Origin: a virus
Taxonomy: Duplodnaviria > Caudoviricetes
Strand: one strand, 5' to 3'
Length of the DNA stretch: 55,673 nt
IMG/VR virus record: IMGVR_UViG_3300024265_000061
Span: 1-55,673 of that record
The notes under the pieces are model-generated. The model had not been told where the DNA came from, ran no database searches, and saw nothing but the letters and a program-made list of their open reading frames with translations. Positions 47,084 through 54,832 of the stretch are shown here, in pieces. Positions within the stretch are counted from its first letter, which is position 1. Every line of letters starts with the position of its first letter. The position numbers were made by a program, and so were the translations under genes.

Positions 47084-48931
47084 ATGTGGCTAAATAGACC
47101 TTATCCGCTGTGGCCTCTACCGAGGGACTACGAGGAACTGAATTCTGAAGCTCAGAAGCAGGCACGGTTGACTGTGTTGCATAATCAATCAACTCCTTTT
47201 GACTTGGTAGTTGCTTGGGATTTTTTTCGTCGCTGCTACTTAGCTGGGGCCGGAAAACTCTTTTATAAAAAGTCCTTTGAGGAATCACCTGAATTTCATT
47301 ATGAGTTAGTTAATGACCTTGGGCAATATGCCAGAAATTGTATAGCCGCCCCAAGAGGTTCTGCTAAATCTACTGTGATAGGATTGGAAATCCCTATATT
47401 ACTTGCTCTAACTCGTCCTCATTATGAAATGTCACTTGGGTTATCTACCGATAAACAAGTAGAAAAGCGATTTAGTAAAATAATGCAACAATTTGTAAAG
47501 AACGAGTTAATATTGCAGGACTTTGGGGAGATGAAACCGCGTCGTGGCTTGGGTATATGGAATCATCATTATTTACAGTTGGAAAATGGAGCCGTTATAA
47601 ATGGAGAAAGTGTAATGGGAAAAAAGAGGGGGGGGAGACCTCGATTATATATACTCGATGACCCTGAGTTTGATCCGGATTCTGATTCACAGGCCGCTGC
47701 TCAAGCTGTTATAGAGAAATTTGAGATGATTTTATTTCATCAGATTTTACCCATGCTTGAAGAGGGTTCGTCAATTTTCTGGATAGGAACATTGATTAAT
47801 CGGCGGTCTTTTTTGTATCACGCTACGGAGGGAGACGACCCTCGATTTAGTTTTTGGAATCGCAAAGTCTTGAAAGCAATAGCGTATGATAAAGAGGATT
47901 CTAAAAAGGTTTATGTTCTGTGGCCAGAAAAGTGGTCGCAGGAATTTCTTGAGGCTCTTCGTGAGTCGATGGGGCCATCTGCATTTGCAAGTGAATTCTG
48001 TAATGAGCCGGTGTCGGCACAAGAACGCATTTTAGTGATTGACCCTCGGAAGAATGAATATAGTGTTGATGGTGAATTTGATTGGAAGAATCCGCTGGCC
48101 CACATGGGGAATATAAAGTGGTCGGAACGATATATGGAGCCCGGACGCCGGGTCTATAAAGACTTTGAGAAACCCTACAAAGAACTCGTGTTGCCGATGT
48201 ATCGGATTTTACTATTCGATTATGGCAGTGGGATGTCCCAGTATAATGACTATTCCTGTATTATGATTCTTGGATTTGACACCACGAATACTTTATGGAT
48301 TTTGGATATGTGGCTTGGACGTGCCAAGGATGCGACTTTACTACGACTGATTTATGAATACGGATTGGCTTGGCGACCGCGTGTTCTTGGAATTGAAGCC
48401 GTGAGTATTCAGATGAGTTTTGCGGAGGCCGTTAAAGAATATATTGAGGAGATGGAGGAGAAAATCTCACAGCCTTGGAGAGCGAGAGTTTTCCCAATTA
48501 CATATCCGGCTCGTGTAACTAAATCTAATCGAATCTCTGGTATGGAATGGAGATACCGTCCCGGCAGGATAAAATATCCGGCACACCTCGCTGGCAAGTG
48601 GCCCTTTGATCAGCTATATCAACAGACGGAGGATTTCACCCCAGACTTGGCCTTATTGCCCCACGATGATGCTATTGATACCCTCTCAATGTATCAGTAT
48701 GTTGTTAAGAATCGTGGTGGGAAATTCGTTAAAGAGAAGGGGAAACCAAGTTTGTTGGAGCGTATTAAGAGAAATCTTCCCATTGTGCGTGGAATCCCAC
48801 TACTTTCGGGGGTCAGTTCTACCGAAATCACTTCGGAGATGCTTGATATACTCTCCCAGAATGCCCGCAAAAGTGTTATAGATAAAAATGACCGCCGAGT
48901 AATTCGAGGCCAAAGAAACATTATAGGATAG
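47084..48931 (+). CDS. terL: Terminase large subunit
   Basis: Walker A APRGSAKST, Walker B YILDD, IGT coupling motif, nuclease FD..DYS..HDDAID. Confidence 0.9.
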   Translation: MWLNRPYPLWPLPRDYEELNSEAQKQARLTVLHNQSTPFDLVVAWDFFRRCYLAGAGKLFYKKSFEESPEFHYELVNDLGQYARNCIAAPRGSAKSTVIGLEIPILLALTRPHYEMSLGLSTDKQVEKRFSKIMQQFVKNELILQDFGEMKPRRGLGIWNHHYLQLENGAVINGESVMGKKRGGRPRLYILDDPEFDPDSDSQAAAQAVIEKFEMILFHQILPMLEEGSSIFWIGTLINRRSFLYHATEGDDPRFSFWNRKVLKAIAYDKEDSKKVYVLWPEKWSQEFLEALRESMGPSAFASEFCNEPVSAQERILVIDPRKNEYSVDGEFDWKNPLAHMGNIKWSERYMEPGRRVYKDFEKPYKELVLPMYRILLFDYGSGMSQYNDYSCIMILGFDTTNTLWILDMWLGRAKDATLLRLIYEYGLAWRPRVLGIEAVSIQMSFAEAVKEYIEEMEEKISQPWRARVFPITYPARVTKSNRISGMEWRYRPGRIKYPAHLAGKWPFDQLYQQTEDFTPDLALLPHDDAIDTLSMYQYVVKNRGGKFVKEKGKPSLLERIKRNLPIVRGIPLLSGVSSTEITSEMLDILSQNARKSVIDKNDRRVIRGQRNIIG

Positions 48932-49039
48932 AAAGGCACAGAATGGCCAAAGTTATATTTCTAATCGGTTACAGTATTATCTACTCGGCAGTTTGGATTA
49001 TTCCCTATTTGTCAAGGCGGAGAATTAGAGGGCGGAAAA

Positions 49040-49285
49040 ATGTGTGAATATGGAACAACACAATTAGTCCGAGTTCGTATCCCCTCCGATTTGAGTTGTT
49101 CCGGGCGTGCCAAATGGAAACGAATGAGTATAGATGCCTGTATTGCTCCCATCGTATCCGCCCTTCAAATAGCAGGGATTAATATGAGAGGTTCTTGTTG
49201 TGGACACGGGAAACAGAATGGAGAAATTGAATTGGAGGATGGGAGAAAGTTGCTTGTGCGAGGTCAAAGAAATATTGTAGGATAA
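49040..49285 (+). CDS. Hypothetical phage protein
   Basis: IDACIAPIVSAL..GSCCGHG. Confidence 0.6.
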   Translation: MCEYGTTQLVRVRIPSDLSCSGRAKWKRMSIDACIAPIVSALQIAGINMRGSCCGHGKQNGEIELEDGRKLLVRGQRNIVG

Positions 49286-49297
49286 GAAAGGAACAAG

Positions 49298-49723
49298 ATG
49301 AGACAATATAAAGGTTTAACCAAAGACATAAGGTGGATATATGGGTGGTATTTGAGAGTTGGTGGTGAACACTATATTGTCCCCGATACTGGTTATAAAG
49401 CTGGAAATCCACATTGTCCTCTATCTCTTTTAATGAACTTTACTGTAGTCCTTTCCGAAACAGTAGGCCAATCTACTGACTCCAAGGACAAGAACGGTAA
49501 GGATTGCTATTTCAATGATGTTGTAAAATGGAACAATAAGCTCTGGGTTGTTGTTAGGTCAAAAACTTTGTCGAGTATTGAGCTACAGCCATTAGACAAT
49601 TATAGAGAACAACAAAAAGACCCGAAGATAAAACGGCTTTATGGTACTTGCTTTGGTATTGGACAAGCGAGCCGTTCTGAGGTTATCGGCGACATCTACC
49701 AGAATCCAGAATTATTAAAATGA
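49298..49723 (+). CDS. YopX-family protein
   Basis: WIYGWY..TVGQST..KDKNGK..EVIGDIYQNPELL. Confidence 0.8.
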   Translation: MRQYKGLTKDIRWIYGWYLRVGGEHYIVPDTGYKAGNPHCPLSLLMNFTVVLSETVGQSTDSKDKNGKDCYFNDVVKWNNKLWVVVRSKTLSSIELQPLDNYREQQKDPKIKRLYGTCFGIGQASRSEVIGDIYQNPELLK

Positions 49724-49807
49724 TTAAAAATATACTATGTATCCTGATTATCGCTTATACCCTGCGGAGGATATATTGCATATTTAGGAAACATTGGAGA
49801 ACTTACA

Positions 49808-50053
49808 ATGGATGATGAACAATACTATCTTTTCGTAGATAAATCCGGGAACTGTTTTGAAGCCTTTCAAAAGATGGGGGATTTTGAAAATGGAGAGCGA
49901 AATTATAATGACTATGTGGGGGCTTTAATGGGGTCAGGCCGTAAATTTACGGTAGGGGATATGATGTGTTTCAAAGATGATTTGACTGATGCTGGTTTTA
50001 AGTGGGGAGTTGATTTTTACGTCAAAAAAGTAAAAAAAGTTGACAAAGATTAG
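49808..50053 (+). CDS. Hypothetical protein
   Basis: GGAG RBS. Confidence 0.5.
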   Translation: MDDEQYYLFVDKSGNCFEAFQKMGDFENGERNYNDYVGALMGSGRKFTVGDMMCFKDDLTDAGFKWGVDFYVKKVKKVDKD

Positions 50054-50067
50054 GTTTGTGTTATAAT
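50040..50067 (+). promoter_or_regulatory. sigma70-like promoter upstream of portal
   Basis: TTGACA-N16-TATAAT with TGn extension. Confidence 0.75.
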
Positions 50068-50093
50068 GAAAATATGAAGAAAGGAAGGTTTCT

Positions 50094-50390
50094 ATGTTTA
50101 ACTTGAATTTGGGATTAATTTTCTTGGCTGGACTGGTTTCGGTTGGGATTCTTGTTTATATTCTGGTACTGTTAATAATTCAGCTTAAAATCGTCAATCG
50201 TCTCACTGAAACTAATAAGCAGCTTCTTATTGTTGTGGCGGGGCAGAATCAGAAACCAGAGACATTACGAGCACTTGTGGCATCGGCAAAACCTCCGCAG
50301 GGGAAGTTAAAAGGGATAGCTGGTGGGGGGAAAGATAAGAAGAATAAGTCTGGTAATACCAATTTCACAATGGATATAGGGGTTAGATAA
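50094..50390 (+). CDS. Small membrane protein
   Basis: N-terminal transmembrane helix, basic tail. Confidence 0.6.
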   Translation: MFNLNLGLIFLAGLVSVGILVYILVLLIIQLKIVNRLTETNKQLLIVVAGQNQKPETLRALVASAKPPQGKLKGIAGGGKDKKNKSGNTNFTMDIGVR

Positions 50391-52411
50391 TGGGCTATAA
50401 GTTCCAGTTACCAGAAAATACACCTGGGAATAAACAGCAAGTTGAGGCTATATTCCAATATCTTGTCTCGTCAGGCAAGTCGAAAATGAATCCCATTTCG
50501 ATTAATTGGTATATGAATCATTTCTATATGAGGGGATTACGGAATTTTAGTAATATTAATTATGGAGCTGGCACACTTAATGCGTCTTATCTGGACTCAT
50601 CTGGGACACTGAAGTTTAAGTACGAGGACATCGTGGCGAAATATCAAGCCCAGCTTGGGAGGTTATTGGCGATAAATCTGGCTCCGGCTGTATCAAGGAG
50701 AGGTGTGAGTCTTGATGGTTTAAGGAAGGCAAGTACCGCTCAAGTCGTTTTGGATTCCGCTTTCCCACAAGAGAAAGTTTCTAAATTGGCTCTGAGTGCT
50801 TTCCCTCCACTTCTGCACTATGGAACTATTGGATTTGGATTATGGGTTGAGGGAATTGATAGTATTGGGATTGAGGTTATCAATCCTTGGGAATTGATTC
50901 CGATTCCAATAGATGTCTCTACGCCGTCAGATGTGCGAGGATTGATTCGAGTACGATATGTGCCCTCAGATTATGTGAAGGGTCTTTCAATAACTCCGGG
51001 TAAGGGGTCAAAAGTCTATAAGGGGATGGATGATGTGAAAGTTCCTTTGGGGGACATACCTGCGGATGTATCCTCTAACTTCCGAGGAACTGCTTCTCTT
51101 ACTCATACAGGCGGGGGCTTTTATATTCGTAGTGGTCAGAGTCAAGTTGAGACTCAATGGAAAGGGCGACATACTAAAAAAGACAAGACGCAAGTTGATG
51201 TTACCCTGCTTGTTGAAGTGTGGACAGAAACATCGGATGGATATTTGGCAGAGTATCTTATTTTTGCCGGTTCTTATGAGAAATTAAATCAGTTGTATCG
51301 CCACGATCATTCTCAGAGTAAATATCCTATGCCTGTGAAAATTGCACGGGATATTGTTGTAGGTGGATTTTATGGTCGTTCTTTTATTGATATTTTAACT
51401 CCACTGAACACCGAGGCCGAATACAGTCTTAGTAGTCTCTTTCAATCAGTAGCCGATTTTGATTTGTACGGTGTAATGATGTGGCCTGCATCTCTTGGGA
51501 CACCTACAGATGCTCATAGAGGGAGGGATGGAATCAAGCGAATAACATTCGAGCCTGATTATACAACCCCGGAATTAAAACCTTTCCCTCTATTACCTGC
51601 AAAAATGGGGAAAGCTAACATAGAGGCTGCGATGGTTGCTGGTGGTTTGATGGACAAACTTGCAAATCAGCCAAGAGAAATGATGCAGGGGGATGCTCCT
51701 GGTCGTGTGGATTCTGCTTCTGGCTTGGGTTTCCTTTACGAAACAAGTGGAATTCCTCTTTCCCCCACAGCTAAAAATGTGGCCGAGGCAATATCAGGAA
51801 TCTACAGGGCAATGTTAGGAATATGTAAAGATATTTGGCCTGCGGAGAAGGTTGTTAATATCAGCAACCTCGATGATTCTCTGGCCGGAATAGCTTTCGA
51901 TATGGAAACCGGGGAAATCAATCTCGCCAGAAATGCTATCCCTGCTCCTGATGAGGTCAACATCAATGTGGCTTCCGAAGTTCCAATTTCTACGGAGCAA
52001 CAAAAATTAGAATTAAAAGAAGCCCTTGAAAAACAAATAATCACTCTTGGTGAATATGGTTTCGAGGTTAGAAAAAGAGGATTAAATTTGGTGGTCGGCA
52101 ATGAAGTTGATTATCAGAATCGAAGGCGAGCGAAACTCGAAAATCTTGCTCTTTACGGGGATGGAGAAAAACCCGGTAAAGTTATCGTAAGTGAACGCGA
52201 TATGCACCTAATTCATAAAGAAGTACTTGATGCTTTTATGGCTCGGCCTGAATTCTACGCCGCAGACCAAAAAGTAAGAGACGCTTTTGTGCAACACTAC
52301 GAAGAACACAATGTCGGATTGGGAATATTCCCGGAAGGAATGCCTCCGATGGAAGATGCCGCAGAAATGGAAATGCAACCTCCGCAGGGTGGAGGCGAAA
52401 TACCACAATAA
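50390..52411 (+). CDS. Portal protein
   Basis: 673 aa between terL and scaffold; INPWELIP, GFYGRSFID..PLN, GRVDSASG. Confidence 0.8.
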   Translation: MGYKFQLPENTPGNKQQVEAIFQYLVSSGKSKMNPISINWYMNHFYMRGLRNFSNINYGAGTLNASYLDSSGTLKFKYEDIVAKYQAQLGRLLAINLAPAVSRRGVSLDGLRKASTAQVVLDSAFPQEKVSKLALSAFPPLLHYGTIGFGLWVEGIDSIGIEVINPWELIPIPIDVSTPSDVRGLIRVRYVPSDYVKGLSITPGKGSKVYKGMDDVKVPLGDIPADVSSNFRGTASLTHTGGGFYIRSGQSQVETQWKGRHTKKDKTQVDVTLLVEVWTETSDGYLAEYLIFAGSYEKLNQLYRHDHSQSKYPMPVKIARDIVVGGFYGRSFIDILTPLNTEAEYSLSSLFQSVADFDLYGVMMWPASLGTPTDAHRGRDGIKRITFEPDYTTPELKPFPLLPAKMGKANIEAAMVAGGLMDKLANQPREMMQGDAPGRVDSASGLGFLYETSGIPLSPTAKNVAEAISGIYRAMLGICKDIWPAEKVVNISNLDDSLAGIAFDMETGEINLARNAIPAPDEVNINVASEVPISTEQQKLELKEALEKQIITLGEYGFEVRKRGLNLVVGNEVDYQNRRRAKLENLALYGDGEKPGKVIVSERDMHLIHKEVLDAFMARPEFYAADQKVRDAFVQHYEEHNVGLGIFPEGMPPMEDAAEMEMQPPQGGGEIPQ

Positions 52412-52429
52412 TAATTTGAAAGGAACAAA

Positions 52430-52723
52430 ATGGAAAGAACAAACGTTTACAGATTGATTGATGGAGAGCGGGAATACCAAGAATCTTTGCCTTTGCATCA
52501 GGATAAAAAACAACAGCGAAATACCCCGATAGCATCTTGGTTGATTTATATGGAAGAACAAATTAGAGAAGCGAAGTTCGCTATATATAATTTGAATGGA
52601 GATGGGGCATTAGAGCATATACGAAAAGCAACGGCTATTGGTGTAGCTTGTATGGAGCATAACGATACAAATCCTCGGAAAGTTCTTTCTCAAGGAAAAC
52701 TACATACTTACGATGGTAGTTAA
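52430..52723 (+). CDS. Small helical protein (MazG-like fold possible)
   Basis: IDGEREYQ..WLIYMEE..IRKATAIGVACME. Confidence 0.55.
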   Translation: MERTNVYRLIDGEREYQESLPLHQDKKQQRNTPIASWLIYMEEQIREAKFAIYNLNGDGALEHIRKATAIGVACMEHNDTNPRKVLSQGKLHTYDGS

Positions 52724-52753
52724 GATAAATACAAAAATTTTGAAAGGAAAAAA

Positions 52754-53311
52754 ATGTTTCGATTGAAAAAAGGGGATATTGTTATAATTAAGGATGATAG
52801 TACCTTGTCGCCTGTATATGGTGGTTCCAAACGGAGTATTGTATCGGGGACACTGGTTGAACAAATTTTTCTTCTTAAATATAAACATTTATTTAGAATT
52901 GTCGAGCTTGATTGTATATTTCCTGATACGAATAACAATACTGTAATCCAAGCTATAACGCCGGAAGATCATCAAGTGGTAATATTTATTGAATATCGTT
53001 ATCTCCAATTATATGAAAAATCAATACTCCCTGACGAAATAGGGCCATTACTGCCAAGTCAAAAACCTCCAGAACAACGTAGCACAATATTCACTTTATC
53101 CGAAAGAAAAAAAAAGAACGAAAAAATCAAAAGGCCAGAAAAAGAAACCTACCGTGTTGAGGTAATTTGCTCTAATTGTGGAAAATTCCAACATGACTCA
53201 AATAGTGGTATAGGTTTTGAAATTCCAAAAGGTACATCAACCCCCCGATTTTTGGCTGACAAGCCCTGCGAGGGTTGTGGTTGTAAGACATTAAGAGCCA
53301 GAATCTTATAA
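52754..53311 (+). CDS. Hypothetical protein with C-terminal Zn ribbon
   Basis: CSNCG..CEGCG. Confidence 0.55.
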   Translation: MFRLKKGDIVIIKDDSTLSPVYGGSKRSIVSGTLVEQIFLLKYKHLFRIVELDCIFPDTNNNTVIQAITPEDHQVVIFIEYRYLQLYEKSILPDEIGPLLPSQKPPEQRSTIFTLSERKKKNEKIKRPEKETYRVEVICSNCGKFQHDSNSGIGFEIPKGTSTPRFLADKPCEGCGCKTLRARIL

Positions 53312-53339
53312 GTGAAATCTTATTTTAGAAAGGAAAAAA

Positions 53340-54221
53340 ATGCCAGAGCCAGAATCCAAAATAGAGCCGGTCGTAGAACCGAAAACTGAACCCAAGACAG
53401 AGCCAAAAACCGAACCAAAGGTTGAAACCCACACTATTAAGGTGGATGGAGCAGATGTAGCCTTGACTCTTGACGAGCTAAAAACAAGAGCCGAAAAAGC
53501 GTCGGGGGCTGACAAAAGATTTCAAGAATCCGCAGAAGGCCTAAAAACCGCTGAGCGGGGAATTAGGATAGAAACTCTCGTAAAGTCAATATCTAACAAC
53601 GATACGCCGTCAGAAGCCGATGTTCGTGAGTTGGCCGGATTGTTGGAGATTGAACCTGCTGAGTTTATGTCCTATCTTAAAGAAGGTGAGCCTGAGCCGA
53701 AACCAGGCACAAAAACCACCTCCGCAGACTTTAATACTGAGTTCCAGAAGGTGATGGGGGCTTCCCCTGCGGAGGTCAAAGCTGTTTTGGATTTCTCCCA
53801 GCAACGGCACGTCAATGATGCTCGGAAAGAAATTCGAGAAATATCGGACAAAGCGGTTGACAAAGATGAGATAATTGGTAAAATGATAGTAGGTGAGGAC
53901 AGCAAAGAAGTGTTGTCCGAAGTTAAGAATATGGTAGCTGAGGATGTTCTACAGAAGATACAGAATGGAAAGACGTTTGGAGCCGAGTTGGTTACGGCGA
54001 GCGTACAGATGGTGCGGTCGAAGTTGACTAAATTGGGTATCCCAAAGAAACTCAACCAGCAACCCATTGTTTTGGGCCTGGCTCCGAGTGAAGGACTTTC
54101 ATCTTTAATCCAAGCTGATGAACCAATCAAGCGAGTTCCTTCTAACGAAGATGACCAAGAGAAGAATCTTATCGCAAGGTATCTTCAGAAGGCAGTTCAT
54201 ACTGCTCGGAAAATGAAGTGA
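53340..54221 (+). CDS. Capsid scaffolding protein
   Basis: EPKT repeats, HTIKVDG..LTLDEL motif, helical; upstream of the capsid gene. Confidence 0.75.
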   Translation: MPEPESKIEPVVEPKTEPKTEPKTEPKVETHTIKVDGADVALTLDELKTRAEKASGADKRFQESAEGLKTAERGIRIETLVKSISNNDTPSEADVRELAGLLEIEPAEFMSYLKEGEPEPKPGTKTTSADFNTEFQKVMGASPAEVKAVLDFSQQRHVNDARKEIREISDKAVDKDEIIGKMIVGEDSKEVLSEVKNMVAEDVLQKIQNGKTFGAELVTASVQMVRSKLTKLGIPKKLNQQPIVLGLAPSEGLSSLIQADEPIKRVPSNEDDQEKNLIARYLQKAVHTARKMK

Positions 54222-54403
54222 TTCGCTGATTGAAACCTCTGGCTAATTCATAAATGTGCCGGATAGAGCCGGTTAAATAAGTTTATGTGTAGTCAAGGGT
54301 TAGTAAAATTCCGCTTTTTAGAAGAAAATATTATACTGACCGTCAGGGTGTTGTCTGTAAAAGGTTACGTTGTAGGGCAGTCGGATGCAAAAATTACCGG
54401 AAA

Positions 54404-54826
54404 TTGGCATATTGCTACCATACAAGCGGAGACCTATATTGCATTCAAAGACCAGTTTGTCATAAACATCGGATAGACGGGTCTATTGTAGACTCAAAAA
54501 ACTCTGATAGTAATAGAGCATGTCGTTGGCGTTGCCAAGGAATAAAGTTCACTTCAAAAGATTATAATCTTTTGCTCCAATTGCAAGGTGGAAAGTGTCT
54601 GTTGTGTGGAGCCGAAGAGAGTGAATCTAAACGTAGATTGTCAGTAGACCACAACCACATGACAGGTGCTATTCGGGGGTTACTTTGTTCAATGTGTAAT
54701 GCTGTTGTTGGGTGGGCGGAAAGAGTAACAAATCTTGACGAAATAAAAGACTATGTGGACAATGATATTGTGTCACAATATGGTGATATATTTGAGAGTC
54801 AAAAACCACAAGTCCTTAAGGAGTAA
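54404..54826 (+). CDS. Endonuclease VII-like homing endonuclease (true start possibly ATT 54308)
   Basis: LQGGKCLLC..LSVDHNHMTGAIRGLLCSMCN. Confidence 0.85.
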   Translation: MAYCYHTSGDLYCIQRPVCHKHRIDGSIVDSKNSDSNRACRWRCQGIKFTSKDYNLLLQLQGGKCLLCGAEESESKRRLSVDHNHMTGAIRGLLCSMCNAVVGWAERVTNLDEIKDYVDNDIVSQYGDIFESQKPQVLKE

Positions 54827-54832
54827 GTAATT

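Larger units (their letters stand above)
1698..53775. repeat. Dispersed 9-bp motif CCTCCGCAG / CTGCGGAGG, 36 exact copies
   Basis: 17 CTGCGGAGG and 19 CCTCCGCAG on the + strand by manual count, plus about 15-20 one-mismatch copies. Confidence 0.9.

Noticed and set aside
53370-53430. 12-bp tandem repeat
   Set aside because: It encodes an EPKT low-complexity linker typical of scaffold proteins.
1698-53775. 9-mer as a peptide or codon-bias artefact, or merely an RBS (GGAGG)
   Set aside because: It occurs in both orientations and several frames, mostly mid-gene; among exact copies only 22198 clearly doubles as an RBS.
1698-53775. 9-mer as L5-type stoperators
   Set aside because: Stoperators are oriented with transcription; here all genes are on + yet orientations split 17:19, and no integrase or clear repressor was found.
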